This document shows positions 38,216 to 48,251 of a stretch of 64,000 nucleotides of DNA, one piece after another (position 1 is the first letter of the stretch; each line of letters opens with the position of its first letter). Under the pieces are notes generated by a model. That model saw only the letters and a program-made list of their open reading frames with translations, did not search any database and was not told the DNA's origin. The stretch is taken from positions 128,336-192,335 of the forward strand of contig CAWGVP010000006.1 of NCBI GenBank assembly GCA_963826065.1, read 5' to 3'. A program made the translations under genes and the position numbers. The DNA is from an uncultured Gemmatimonadales bacterium. Its GTDB lineage: Bacteria; Gemmatimonadota; Gemmatimonadetes; Gemmatimonadales; GWC2-71-9.

Positions 38216-39726
38216 GGCGTGGCATCCTCGGCCGGGAGGTCGGCACCCAGCGCCTGCCGAACCTTCCGCAGGAGGTGGTCGAGCGAGAAGGGCTTCTCCA
38301 GGAATTCGATGCCCGGCTCGAGCATCCGGTGGCGGGCGACCGCGGTGTCGCTGGTTCCGGAGGCGTAAAGCACCTTGATCGCCGGGCGGTGAATCGCGAG
38401 CCGCGCCGCCAGCTCGCGGCCGCTCATCCGCGGCAGGATCAAATCCGTGACAAGAAGGTGGATGTGCCCGGGATGCCGGTCGGTCACCGCGATGGCCGCC
38501 TCCGCGTCGCCCACGGCAAGGACGGTGTAGCCGGCGCGCTCCAGCGCCCGGCACATCACGTCGCGTACTTCGGCGTCGTCCTCGACCACCAGCACGGTCT
38601 CGTCCGCCTCGCGCTCCGGCATATCCGTTTCCCAGGTGCTCGTCGCGGTCGACGCGAGCCGGGGGAGGTAGAGCGTGAATGTCGTGCCGGCACCGGGAAT
38701 GCTGTCGACCGCGACGTGACCTCCGCTCTGTCGCGCGATGCCGGCGACCGCAGAGAGATCCACGCCGCCGTGCGCGAGGGCCGGCCGGTCGAACATCCGG
38801 GCGAGTGTCGCCGAGTCCAGGTCCGGACCGGTGTGATGGATCTCGAGGGTGATGTACGAGGCGGGCCGGAGGCCCGGACGTCCCGCGGCGAGCGCCTCGT
38901 CCACCTCGACCCGCCCGGTGCGGAGGCGGAGCCGGCCGCCTCCCGTCATCGAGGCCCGGGCATGTGCGCCGAGGCGGAGGAGGATCTGCTCCAGCTGGGT
39001 CGGATCGGCCAGCACCGGCTCCAAGCCGTCCTCCAGCTCGTAGGTCACCTCGATCGCCTGGCCGGCGACCCGGCGGAGCGTGCTGAAGGTGCCGGAGACG
39101 AGCTGGTTCAGGTCGAGGGCGCGGGGCGCGAGGCGAGGCCGGCGGCTGAACGCCAGGAGCTGGCGCGACAGCGTGGCCGCGCGGTCCGCCGCCTGACGGA
39201 TTCGCGACAGGTCTTCCCGCACCTCGGGCGCGAGCGTGCTCTCGTCTAGCAGCAGAGTGACGTGACCCAGGATCCCGGTGAGCAGATTGTTGAAGTCGTG
39301 CGCGATGCCGCCGGCAAGCTGCGCGATCTCCGCGGTCCGGCCGAGCTTGGCGAGCCGCTGCTCCAGCGCCCGCCGGTCGGTCACGTCGGTGTTGCACCCG
39401 CTGTACCCGATGAACTCGCCGCCGGCGGTCCAGCACGGTTCGCCGGTGGCGAGGAACCAGCGGTAGTCCCCTTCCCGGTCGAGCATGCGGAACTCCATTC
39501 GCAGCGGCGACCGGGCCGCGAGCGCCGCGGTGTATTCCTCCCGCGCTCGCTCGCGGTCCTCCGGATGGACCCGGTCCAGCCAGGCCCAACCGAGCAGGTC
39601 GGTCACGGGCCGTCCGGTGAGCTCGCTCCAGCGCTCGTTCACATAATCGCAGGCACCGTCCGGCCCGGTGGTCCAGATGAGAACGGGAAGGACGCCGTGA
39701 GCGAGGCGGGGGTCCGTCAAGGTCAT
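38191..39726 (-). CDS. Hybrid histidine kinase, PAS-HisKA-HATPase-REC
   Basis: The ATG at 39726 gives MTLTDPRLAHG.... Has a PAS domain ('WLDRVHPEDRE'), H-box 'GIAHDFNNLLTGI', the ATPase motif 'GAGTTFTLYLP' and receiver 'VLVVEDDAEV...LVTDLILPRMSG'. Confidence 0.85.
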   Translation of the reverse strand: MTLTDPRLAHGVLPVLIWTTGPDGACDYVNERWSELTGRPVTDLLGWAWLDRVHPEDRERAREEYTAALAARSPLRMEFRMLDREGDYRWFLATGEPCWTAGGEFIGYSGCNTDVTDRRALEQRLAKLGRTAEIAQLAGGIAHDFNNLLTGILGHVTLLLDESTLAPEVREDLSRIRQAADRAATLSRQLLAFSRRPRLAPRALDLNQLVSGTFSTLRRVAGQAIEVTYELEDGLEPVLADPTQLEQILLRLGAHARASMTGGGRLRLRTGRVEVDEALAAGRPGLRPASYITLEIHHTGPDLDSATLARMFDRPALAHGGVDLSAVAGIARQSGGHVAVDSIPGAGTTFTLYLPRLASTATSTWETDMPEREADETVLVVEDDAEVRDVMCRALERAGYTVLAVGDAEAAIAVTDRHPGHIHLLVTDLILPRMSGRELAARLAIHRPAIKVLYASGTSDTAVARHRMLEPGIEFLEKPFSLDHLLRKVRQALGADLPAEDATPWAQRSLA

Positions 39727-39844
39727 ACGGTCAGGCCTGCCAGACGAGAGGGGAGAGTGCCAATCTCGTCGCCGCATGCGGAGGAGGCAAGAGCGCCTGG
39801 GGGGCGTGCTGGCGGCGGAAGCCTTTGCGGCATACTCTTTTCGG

Positions 39845-40912
39845 ATGCCCTTCCTGGACACCGAGCGACAGCGGGCCGCCTGGCTCGTCCTGGTCCTCGG
39901 CATCGCCCTGGTATATGCGCTGTGGCCCTTCAGCACCGGGCTCATCGGGGCCCCGGTGCTGTATGTCGTGATGGCGCCGGTCCATCGATGGCTCACCCGG
40001 TGGCTGCGCCCCAGGGTCGCGGCGGGAGTCGTCGTCCTTCTGGGTATCCTGCTCGTCCTGGGACCGGGACTCTCCGTGGTGGGCCTGGTGGCCACCGAGG
40101 CCCAGGACATGGCCAGCGGGGTCATCGGCAGCCCGCTCCTGGCCAGGATCAGCCGCATCCGGGTGGGTCCCTATCAGGTGGGCGCCCAGCTGGAGCAGAT
40201 CGGGTCGCAGATCGTTTCGTTCATCGGGGCCAGCGCCCTCGGGTTGATCGGGACTGCAACCCGCGCCGGGATCCAGCTCACCATCGCGTTCTTCGGCTTG
40301 TACTACCTGCTGGTCTCCCCCGAGTCCACCTGGCGATCGGTCCGGCCTTTCATCCCATTCTCTGCGGCCAGCGCCGAGATCCTTCGCCGCCGGTTCGGCG
40401 ACGTGACGATCTCCACCCTGGTGGGTACCGGCGTCACCGCCAGCGTGCAGGGTCTGGCGGTGGGCGGTGCGTTCTGGGTGATCGGGCTGTCCAATCCGCT
40501 GTTCTGGGGAGTCGTAACGGTGATCTTCGCCATTCTCCCGGTGGTCGGGAGCGGGCTGGTCTGGGGGCCCGGCGCTGCGGCGCTCGCGATGGATGGTCGC
40601 TACGGCGCGGCGATCGCCTTGGTGGTCTGGGGGATCGTCGTCGTCGGCAACGTGGACAACGTGATCCGCCCGATCGTCTTCCGCCGTTGGGCCCAGATCC
40701 ACCCGTTCGTGACCGTCATCGGCGCCTTCATGGGCCTCCGGTACTTCGGCCTGCTGGGCCTGTTGATCGGCCCGCTTGCCATCTCGTACTTCTTCGAGCT
40801 CATCCGGATGTATCGGGTGGAGTATCTGGACGAGGAGGACGTCGAGGTCTCCGCGGAGCAACTGGCGGCGGTACAGCAGCGGCTCACGCCGGGGGGAACG
40901 CCGAGGGTTTGA
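39845..40912 (+). CDS. AI-2E family transporter (PerM/UPF0118)
   Basis: The ATG at 39845 gives MPFLDTERQR.... 355 aa with about 8 TM helices. 'GNVDNVIRPIVF' resembles the family's conserved 'DN.l.P...g' motif. Confidence 0.8.
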   Translation: MPFLDTERQRAAWLVLVLGIALVYALWPFSTGLIGAPVLYVVMAPVHRWLTRWLRPRVAAGVVVLLGILLVLGPGLSVVGLVATEAQDMASGVIGSPLLARISRIRVGPYQVGAQLEQIGSQIVSFIGASALGLIGTATRAGIQLTIAFFGLYYLLVSPESTWRSVRPFIPFSAASAEILRRRFGDVTISTLVGTGVTASVQGLAVGGAFWVIGLSNPLFWGVVTVIFAILPVVGSGLVWGPGAAALAMDGRYGAAIALVVWGIVVVGNVDNVIRPIVFRRWAQIHPFVTVIGAFMGLRYFGLLGLLIGPLAISYFFELIRMYRVEYLDEEDVEVSAEQLAAVQQRLTPGGTPRV

Positions 40913-40938
40913 CCGAAGCGTGGGTAAGAGGAGCAGCA

Positions 40939-41002
40939 TCATCCTGAGCGAAGCGAAGGAGCCATGATCCAGACTATGGCTCCTTCGCTTCGCTCAGGAT
41001 GA
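40939..41002. repeat. Palindromic REP-like element, copy C: perfect 27-bp arms, 10-nt loop, between convergent genes
   Basis: Arm 40939..40965 (tcatcctgagcgaagcgaaggagccat) is the exact reverse complement of arm 40976..41002. It lies between the AI-2E stop (40912) and the OmpA stop (41034). Confidence 0.9.
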
Positions 41003-41033
41003 CACTTTGTCGCTTGCTACGTCTGTCGGCTGC

Positions 41034-42407
41034 CTAGTTGAGCCTCATCAGCTCCACGCGCCGGTTCTGCGCGCGCCCTTCGGCGGTCCGGTTCGAAGCG
41101 ACCGGCTGGTCGGGCCCGAAGCCCCGGGCCGTGAGCCGATCCTCCGCCACGCCACGCGAGATGAGATACGTCCTCACCGCATCGGCTCTGGCACGGGAGA
41201 GCCGGCGGTTCAGCGCGAGACTCCCGGTGTTATCGGTGTGTCCGGTCACCTGCACCCGGATCGAGTCGTTCGCCACCAGCGACTCGGCCACACCGTTGAG
41301 GATGGTCTCCGAGTCCGGTGTGAGCGTGGACTTGCCGGTCTCGAAGTTCACGCCTTCGAGGATCAGTGTCTTCTTGGTGGGCTGGAACAGCACCTGACAG
41401 CCCTCGGCGTCCACTTCCACGCCCGACGGCGTGCTGGGGCAGCGGTCCGCGGAGTCGTTCACCCCGTCGCCGTCGCCATCGCGCTGGGAGGGGCCGCAGC
41501 CGCTGGCGTCCACCTGCTCACCGGCCGGGGTGTCGGCGCACTTGTCGACATCGTCGGTGACACCATCGCCATCGGCGTCTTTGGGCAGCGAGCAGCCCTT
41601 CTCGTCCACCTTGTCGCCCTTCGGCGTGTCGGCGCACCCGTCCACGTTGTCGAGCACACCATCGCCATCGGCGTCCTTGGGCAGCGAGCAGCCTTTCGCG
41701 TCCACCTGGTCGCCCGCCGGCGTGTCGGCGCAGGCATCGGCGTCGTCGAACACACCGTCGCCGTCGGCATCCTGGACCGTGCATCCCTTGGCGTCCACCC
41801 GGTCACCGGTTGGAGTGTCCCGGCACTCGTCCACGTCGTCCGGCACACCATCGGCATCCCGGTCGCGAGGCCCGGTGGAGCGCCCGCCGAGGAGAAAGCT
41901 GAGTCCGGGCTGGAGGCCCCAGTTCCAGTTGTCCTTGCCACCCTTGTCGGGCGAAGGGATGTAGTCCACATAGGTATCGATCCGGATCGAGGCGACGTCG
42001 CCCAGACCCAATCGAATGCCGGCGCCACCGGTCACGCCGTGATCGCTCAACTGGTACTGATCCCGATACCTGGAGTGGGCGTAGCCGGCGCCCAGCAGCA
42101 GGCCCACGTGCTCGCCGGCCGGGAAGTTCGCCACCAGCCGCGCGTGCAGCGGCATGTACTTGACGTCCAGGCCGTTGGCCGAGTTGGTCGGCACCCATGA
42201 CCCGTCGGCCTCGACGGAAAGCCGGTCGGTCAGGAAGAACCCGATCCTCGCGCCCGGGCCGCCGGTGGCCTGGTTCAACCGCAGGGACTTGTCGAAATAG
42301 GCGATGGTGGGAAAGAGACCGACTTCGAAGGTGCCGGCTCGCTGAGCCGGCAGGTCGGACGCGGCGGTAAGCGCCGTGACGAGGACAAGACCGAACCTGC
42401 GCATCAT
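41034..42407 (-). CDS. OmpA-family outer-membrane protein with N-terminal beta-barrel, five thrombospondin type-3 (calcium-binding) repeats and a C-terminal OmpA peptidoglycan-binding domain
   Basis: The ATG at 42407 gives MMRRFGLVLVTALTAA.... The unit 'DADGDGV.D..D.C.DTP.G..VD..GC' occurs about five times. The C-terminus has 'GHTDNTGS...N..LS..RA..V...L' and 'NRRVEL'. Confidence 0.85.
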   Translation of the reverse strand: MMRRFGLVLVTALTAASDLPAQRAGTFEVGLFPTIAYFDKSLRLNQATGGPGARIGFFLTDRLSVEADGSWVPTNSANGLDVKYMPLHARLVANFPAGEHVGLLLGAGYAHSRYRDQYQLSDHGVTGGAGIRLGLGDVASIRIDTYVDYIPSPDKGGKDNWNWGLQPGLSFLLGGRSTGPRDRDADGVPDDVDECRDTPTGDRVDAKGCTVQDADGDGVFDDADACADTPAGDQVDAKGCSLPKDADGDGVLDNVDGCADTPKGDKVDEKGCSLPKDADGDGVTDDVDKCADTPAGEQVDASGCGPSQRDGDGDGVNDSADRCPSTPSGVEVDAEGCQVLFQPTKKTLILEGVNFETGKSTLTPDSETILNGVAESLVANDSIRVQVTGHTDNTGSLALNRRLSRARADAVRTYLISRGVAEDRLTARGFGPDQPVASNRTAEGRAQNRRVELMRLN

Positions 42408-42480
42408 GCCTCCTTGGGGTGGGGCCTGCGAGCCCCAATATAGGAATGAGCCCGCGAAAATATCCACACTATCTTCTTTC

Positions 42481-45400
42481 ATGATTCCCTTACAGTCGCT
42501 GTCGCCCAAAGTGCTTGCCGCGACCACGCTCCTGCTGCTCGCGGACGTGGCGCCCGAGCTCCGGGTGCTGCGCGTCGTGCCGGCGGCAGACGCCGCGCCG
42601 ACCGCGACCGTCACGATCACGTTCGATCGTCCAGTCGCGGGCTCGCTCGACCGCACCGTGGACGCTCGTGAGATCTTCAGCATCGCGCCCGCCGTCGCCG
42701 GCCACGTGGACTGGCGCGACCCGGTGACGCTCCGGTTCAGGCCTTCGGCTCCACTGCCCGCCGACCGCTCGTTCACGGTCACGGTGTCCGATCGGTTCGA
42801 GGCCATGGACGGCGGCCGGCTGAACGCCCCGTTCGTCCACTCCTTCCGGGTGCGCGGCTCGCGGGCCCTCGCCGGATATCCGGTTGGCCCGTCCACCAGC
42901 GGACGGCATCTCGCGCCGGACAGCCGGTTCGAGCTGGTGATCGATGCGCCGGTGGACTCGACCGTGGTGAATCGCTCGGTGTACCTGGAGTTCGATCGGA
43001 CGTGCCGGTCACCGGGGGTGGTGCGGCTTCGGCTGGAGGCCGAGCGAGCGCTCGCGGATGACGATCGGTGGGACTTCCGCGAGGCGGGTGGCTGGGACCG
43101 CGATCGCGCGTCCGATCCGCTGCGACGGGTGCTGCGGCTGGCGCCGCGAACGCCGCTCCCCCGCGGATGCCGCGGGCATCTGGTCGTCCCGGCCTCGTTC
43201 GACGAGCACGGCCGGTCGCAGCCTCAGCGCTGGGCGCTCTCCACCTACGGCGACTTCCGCGTGGTCCGCGCCCGGTGCGGCTGGGGCGGGACCACCTGTC
43301 CGACCGGTCCGCTCGTGGTCCACTTCAGTACGCCGGTGCGCGGCGCCGACGTGCTGCGGGGCCTGTCGATCCGCCCCGCCGCCGCGTTCTCACTCACCGA
43401 CACTGCCGACGTCCGCGACGAGTGGGTGCTGCAGACCGAACTGAAGCCCAGAACCGGATACGCCATCGTGGCCGACCGGTCGCTCACGGACGCCTTCGGC
43501 CAGCGGATGTCCGGGAACCCGGTCGTGACGACGAGCACCACGGGCTACGCGCCGGCGATCGACTATCCGTCGGGCCGCACGCTGGTCGAGCGCCGCGGCA
43601 GCCACACCTTCGGGGTCACCTACGTGAACGTGGACACGCTCGAGGTCCTCGTCGCCCCGATTCCCGACTCCCTCGAGGCCGCATTCCTCGCCCGCAGCGA
43701 ATGGAGCTGGCGCGAACGGTGGCCCTCGATCTTCGCCCGCGCCGAGCCCAGGCGGATCGCGGTGCGCGGCGATCGCGATCGGATGCGGGTGTACGGCGTT
43801 CCCCTGGATCCACCAGCGGGCAAGGGCGGAACCCGCCCGGCGCTCATGGCCGTGCAGGTGACCAGCGGCCGGCTCGACTCGATGAGCCGGGCGTATCGGC
43901 CGATCGCGCTGGTACAGGTCAGCGACCTCGGCGTGCACGCCCGCGTGGGAACGGAGGACGCCGCGGTCTGGGTGACGGGTGCCAACGACGGCCGCCCGCG
44001 CGCCGGCGCATCGGTCACCCTGCATGACGCGAGAGGCCGGATCCTGGCCCGCGCTCGCACCGACACGCTCGGGTTGGCCCGGCTGGCGCCATTCGCACCT
44101 CAGCCCCCGCCGGCCGACACCGCCGCCGATCAGGAGATCCGGTGGTCGGGCTTCCAGGGCTATCTCTCGGTCGTGCTGGGGGACGACCGCGCCGTGCTCG
44201 GCATCAACGACTACGATCCCGACCTGAGCCCATGGCGGTTCAACGTCCAGTCTGCCTGGGGCAGTGACCGGCTTCCTGCCGCCGCGGCGCTGTTCACCGA
44301 GCGCGGCATCTACCGTCCCGGCGAGCCGCTCTTCGCCAAGGCGATCGTGCGCACCGGGCCGCTCGGCTCCCTCCGGCGGCCGAGCGCCGGCGACTCGCTG
44401 CGCTGGGTGTTCCACGATCGCGCGGACGAGAGCGGTGAGTCCGGCGTCCTGCGCGACACCACGGTCGCACTCTCGGCGTTCGGCACCGCCGAGCAGCGCT
44501 TCGAGGTCCCCACCGGTGCGGCGCTCGGCGAGTATCGCATCGTGGCGCACCTCCGCCGGGAGGGGCGCTGGACCGATCTCGGCCTGACTTCGTACCGCGT
44601 GGCCGAGTATCGGCCGCCCGAGTTTCTGGTGGATGTATCCGCCGACAGCGTGGCGCGATTCGCCCAGGACTCCATCAGTGCCGCGGTCGAGGCGCGCTAT
44701 CTCTTCGGCGCCCCGATGGGACGCGCGGCGGTGCGTTGGACCCTGCGTCAGGAGTCGCTGCTCTACGACGGGGTCGAGATTCCCGGCACCGAGGGGTACT
44801 CCATCGGCGACGGGGGTTGGTGGTACGAGGAGCTGTCCGAGGCGCGCGCGCCGGTAGCGATCCCGGCCAGCGGCATCGATACCCTCGACGCGGACGGCAG
44901 GCTCGGCTTGCGGCTCCGCCTCGGCGACACCGAGCGTGGCCGTCCGTCCCGGGCGACGCTCGAGGCGACGGTGACCGACGTGAACCGGCAGACGGTCTCC
45001 GCCGCTTCCTCGTTCATCGTGCACCCCGCCGCCTTCTATCTCGCCGCCAAACCGGAGGGCGAGAGCTGGTTCTGGTCCGCCGGGAAGCCGGCGAGCATCG
45101 GGGTCCTCGCAGTGGGTCCGGACGGACGGCGGGTGACCGGGGTGAGGGTCGAGGGCGCCGTCGTCCGCCGGGAATGGCATCAGGTGCGCCGGGAGCGTGC
45201 CGGGTATGCCGAGCTGGTGGGCGAGTGGGTATCGGATACGGTGGCGCACTGCGCGATCGACAGCGCGGACGAGCCGCGGCCCTGTCGCTTCACGCCGCCT
45301 GCCGGTGGGTCCTATATCGCCGGCTTCCGCGCCCTGGATGCCGCGGGCAGAACCGTGCACACCAGTCTGTACCGTTGGGCGGTCGGCAGCGATTGGGTGC

Positions 45401-48240
45401 CGTGGAACGACGAAAGCCAGTTCAAGATGGACGTCGTGCCGGATCGCACCCGCTACGCGGTGGGCGACACGGCGACGATTCTCTTCGCGTCCCCCTTCAC
45501 CGACGCGGAGGCCTGGGTCACGCTGGAGCGCGAGGGTCTGATCGAGCAGCGGCGCATGCGGATCGAGAGCGGTACCACCACGCTCTCGGTTCCCATCACC
45601 GAGGCGCTCGCGCCGAACGTATTCGTCTCGATCGTGGTGGCCCGGGGCCGGAGCGCACCGCCCGGCCCGCTGGACGATCCGGGCCGGCCCACCATCCGGG
45701 TGGGATACGCCGAGCTGCGGGTGACGCCGGAGCGAAAGCGTCTGGCGGTGCGGGTGGCGCCGCTCGCCGCCGAATATCGCCCGGGCGACACGGCGCAGGT
45801 GGCGATCGAAGTGCGCGACGGGGCCGGCGCGGGCCAGCGCAGCGAGGTGACGCTCTGGGCCGTGGATGAAGGCGTGCTCGCGCTCACCGGATACCGTACG
45901 CCCGATCCGCTCGATCTGCTGTATGGCCCCCGTGGTCTGGGCATGCGGCTGGCGAGCACCCTCACCACGGTGACCCCGCAGATCCCCGAAGGCGAGAAGG
46001 GAAAGCGGGCGCCCGGCGGCGGCGGCGGTGCCGACGGGGCGGACGTCCTGCGCAGCCGTTTCCAGACCACGGCGTTCTTCCTCGGGTCGCTCGTCACCAG
46101 CGCCGACGGCCGGGGCGTCGCCTCGGCGCGCCTGCCGGACAATCTCACGACGTTTCGAGTGATGGCGGTCGCGGTGACGGCCGGTGATCGCTACGGCAGC
46201 GGGCAGTCATCGCTGCTGGTCACCCGACCCCTGGTGGCGCGGCCCGCGCTGCCCCGGTTCCTCCGCGACGGAGACCGGTTCGCCGCCGGGGTCGTGGTCA
46301 ATCGGCGCGCGGGGAAGGAAGCAGCGGTCACAGTCGAGGCGCGGGCGACGGGCGTCGAGCTCGAAGGCCGCCGCAAGAAGCAGGCGGCGCTCGAGCCCGG
46401 GCGCGGGCGCGAAATACGGTTCGACTTCGTGGCGGGCGAGGGCGATAGCCTGTCCCGGGCGGGCTTCCGCTTCCAGGCAAAATCCGGCGCGGACGCGGAC
46501 GCCGTCGCGCTCACCGTCCCGGTGCGTCCGGCGCACCACCCGCAGTCATTCACCGTGGCCGGTGTGCTCCGCGATTCGGCCACGGCCGAGCTGGCGCTCC
46601 CGGACGACGTGGACCCCGCCCGCTCGACCCTTCGGCTCAGCCTCGGCACCTCGCCGCTTGCGATGATCCGGGGCGTCCGGGAGCGGTTCCGGGTCTATCC
46701 CTATTGGTGCAGCGAGCAGATCGCCAGCGCCGCCGAGCCGCTGCTCGCACTCTACCGCGCGGCGCCGGAGCTCGGCGCCGACTCGGCGGTCGCGCGCCAC
46801 GCGCGGAGCGACCTCGAGCAGGTCGTCGCGACGCTGGTGCGCCGCCAGCGGGCGGATGGCGGCATCGGCCTCTGGAGCGCGGCGGACTGGTCCACGCCGT
46901 GGCTGAGCGCGTATGCCGGCGCGGTGTTGCTCGAGGCGAAGGCGGCCGGCTTCTCGGTGAGCGACTCGGTCCTGGCTCGCCTCGGCGGGTATCTCCAGCG
47001 TTCACTCAAGGAGAGCGGCCCCATCCTCGCGCCCGTGGCCGCGTGGTACGACAGCAGCGAGGTGCGGCTCGGCGACCGGGTCATGGCCGTGGACTACCTG
47101 AGCCGGGCGGGCCTCCGAGATCCCGCGGCGGAGAACGAGCTGCTGCGTCTCGCGCCCCAGCTGGCCTGGGAAGATCGGGTCCGCCTGGCCCACGTGCTTG
47201 CGCGGGGCGGGGACCGGGCCGCCGCGCTCCGGCTGCTGGAGCCGGCATGGAATGACGTGAAGATCGAGGGGCGCGCCGCGACGCTGCCGAAGGCGACGCG
47301 GCGGGCATTCTACTTCATGTCGCCCATCCGCCCTGTCGCGTGGCTGTTGAGCGCCACGCTCGCGGTGAACCCCGCCCATCCGCTGGTCGGCCCCATGGTC
47401 GAGACCCTGATCCAGCAGGGCCGGTCCGGCTGGACCTGGAATACTCAGGATCTGGGAACCGCCGTGGCGGCGCTGGCGGAGTTCCAGCGGCAGCAGAAGG
47501 CCGGCGTTGCCCGCGGAGTTCGGGTGAGCTCCGGCAAGAAGACGGTGTTCGAAGCCGCCGCGCTCGGCGCGGCGAGCGAGCGGAGCATCCCGCTCGACCG
47601 GCTGCCGGGCGGGGCAATCGCAGACGGAAAGCTGCGACTCTCGCTCGGTGCACGAGATCCGGCAGAGGTGGGCGCGCCGGTGTTCTACTATCTCACGGCG
47701 ACGATCGTGCCCAGGAAGGCTCCGGTGCGGCCGGGTGATCGCGGCATCCAGGTCGAGCGTTGGTATGAAAGCTTCGAGACGGGCCGGCCCACCATGGAGG
47801 TCGCCGAAGGGGAGCTGGTTCGCGTGAGGCTCCGGATCACCGTTCCCTCGGAGCGCCATTTCGTGATCCTGGACGACGCGCTGCCGGCGGGATTCGAGGC
47901 GGTGGACTTGAGTCTCCGCACCGTCGGGGGTGTCGCGGGTCCGGGCGCCGCGAACTCGGTGTCGGCCGAGGGGGATGGCGAGGGGCCGATGCCGTGGGTG
48001 TACGGCAGCTGGGACGCCGGCTGGTGGTCGCCGTTCGATCATCGCGAGATGCGGGACGACCGCGTCGTGTTCGCCGCGACCCGGCTCTGGCCGGGGAGCT
48101 ACACCGCGACCTACCTGGCGAGGGCGACGACCCCGGGCACGTTCATACGGCCGCCGGCGCACGCCGAGGAGATGTACAACCCGGCGGTGTTCGGCGAGAG
48201 CGACGGGGGTGTGTTCACCGTGCGAGCGGCCGGCCCGTGA
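42481..48240 (+). CDS. Bacterial alpha-2-macroglobulin family protein (YfhM-like) with thioester motif
   Basis: About 1919 aa starting at the ATG at 42481. It has the 'YPYWCSEQ' thioester (CxEQ) context and sits immediately upstream of pbpC, which is the conserved partner. Confidence 0.9.
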   Translation: MIPLQSLSPKVLAATTLLLLADVAPELRVLRVVPAADAAPTATVTITFDRPVAGSLDRTVDAREIFSIAPAVAGHVDWRDPVTLRFRPSAPLPADRSFTVTVSDRFEAMDGGRLNAPFVHSFRVRGSRALAGYPVGPSTSGRHLAPDSRFELVIDAPVDSTVVNRSVYLEFDRTCRSPGVVRLRLEAERALADDDRWDFREAGGWDRDRASDPLRRVLRLAPRTPLPRGCRGHLVVPASFDEHGRSQPQRWALSTYGDFRVVRARCGWGGTTCPTGPLVVHFSTPVRGADVLRGLSIRPAAAFSLTDTADVRDEWVLQTELKPRTGYAIVADRSLTDAFGQRMSGNPVVTTSTTGYAPAIDYPSGRTLVERRGSHTFGVTYVNVDTLEVLVAPIPDSLEAAFLARSEWSWRERWPSIFARAEPRRIAVRGDRDRMRVYGVPLDPPAGKGGTRPALMAVQVTSGRLDSMSRAYRPIALVQVSDLGVHARVGTEDAAVWVTGANDGRPRAGASVTLHDARGRILARARTDTLGLARLAPFAPQPPPADTAADQEIRWSGFQGYLSVVLGDDRAVLGINDYDPDLSPWRFNVQSAWGSDRLPAAAALFTERGIYRPGEPLFAKAIVRTGPLGSLRRPSAGDSLRWVFHDRADESGESGVLRDTTVALSAFGTAEQRFEVPTGAALGEYRIVAHLRREGRWTDLGLTSYRVAEYRPPEFLVDVSADSVARFAQDSISAAVEARYLFGAPMGRAAVRWTLRQESLLYDGVEIPGTEGYSIGDGGWWYEELSEARAPVAIPASGIDTLDADGRLGLRLRLGDTERGRPSRATLEATVTDVNRQTVSAASSFIVHPAAFYLAAKPEGESWFWSAGKPASIGVLAVGPDGRRVTGVRVEGAVVRREWHQVRRERAGYAELVGEWVSDTVAHCAIDSADEPRPCRFTPPAGGSYIAGFRALDAAGRTVHTSLYRWAVGSDWVPWNDESQFKMDVVPDRTRYAVGDTATILFASPFTDAEAWVTLEREGLIEQRRMRIESGTTTLSVPITEALAPNVFVSIVVARGRSAPPGPLDDPGRPTIRVGYAELRVTPERKRLAVRVAPLAAEYRPGDTAQVAIEVRDGAGAGQRSEVTLWAVDEGVLALTGYRTPDPLDLLYGPRGLGMRLASTLTTVTPQIPEGEKGKRAPGGGGGADGADVLRSRFQTTAFFLGSLVTSADGRGVASARLPDNLTTFRVMAVAVTAGDRYGSGQSSLLVTRPLVARPALPRFLRDGDRFAAGVVVNRRAGKEAAVTVEARATGVELEGRRKKQAALEPGRGREIRFDFVAGEGDSLSRAGFRFQAKSGADADAVALTVPVRPAHHPQSFTVAGVLRDSATAELALPDDVDPARSTLRLSLGTSPLAMIRGVRERFRVYPYWCSEQIASAAEPLLALYRAAPELGADSAVARHARSDLEQVVATLVRRQRADGGIGLWSAADWSTPWLSAYAGAVLLEAKAAGFSVSDSVLARLGGYLQRSLKESGPILAPVAAWYDSSEVRLGDRVMAVDYLSRAGLRDPAAENELLRLAPQLAWEDRVRLAHVLARGGDRAAALRLLEPAWNDVKIEGRAATLPKATRRAFYFMSPIRPVAWLLSATLAVNPAHPLVGPMVETLIQQGRSGWTWNTQDLGTAVAALAEFQRQQKAGVARGVRVSSGKKTVFEAAALGAASERSIPLDRLPGGAIADGKLRLSLGARDPAEVGAPVFYYLTATIVPRKAPVRPGDRGIQVERWYESFETGRPTMEVAEGELVRVRLRITVPSERHFVILDDALPAGFEAVDLSLRTVGGVAGPGAANSVSAEGDGEGPMPWVYGSWDAGWWSPFDHREMRDDRVVFAATRLWPGSYTATYLARATTPGTFIRPPAHAEEMYNPAVFGESDGGVFTVRAAGP

Positions 48241-48251
48241 CGGAACACCGG

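Noticed and set aside
35546-39589. A 1347-aa ORF suggesting one giant kinase. Likewise the long N-terminal extensions of ORFs 18103..19878, 16211..17185, 586..1344, 41034..42896, 22194..23456 and 51256..52608.
   Set aside because: The upstream portions are Arg/Pro/Gly-rich with no domains, and they overlap neighbouring genes in other frames. Internal starts give proper signal peptides, TM helices, SD sequences or ATGA/GTGA coupling to the upstream gene.
41433-41861. A periodic repeat signal that could be taken for a CRISPR-like array or an intergenic tandem repeat.
   Set aside because: It lies entirely inside a well-supported OmpA-family ORF and encodes thrombospondin type-3 calcium-binding repeats. 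There is no spacer/repeat architecture and there are no cas genes.
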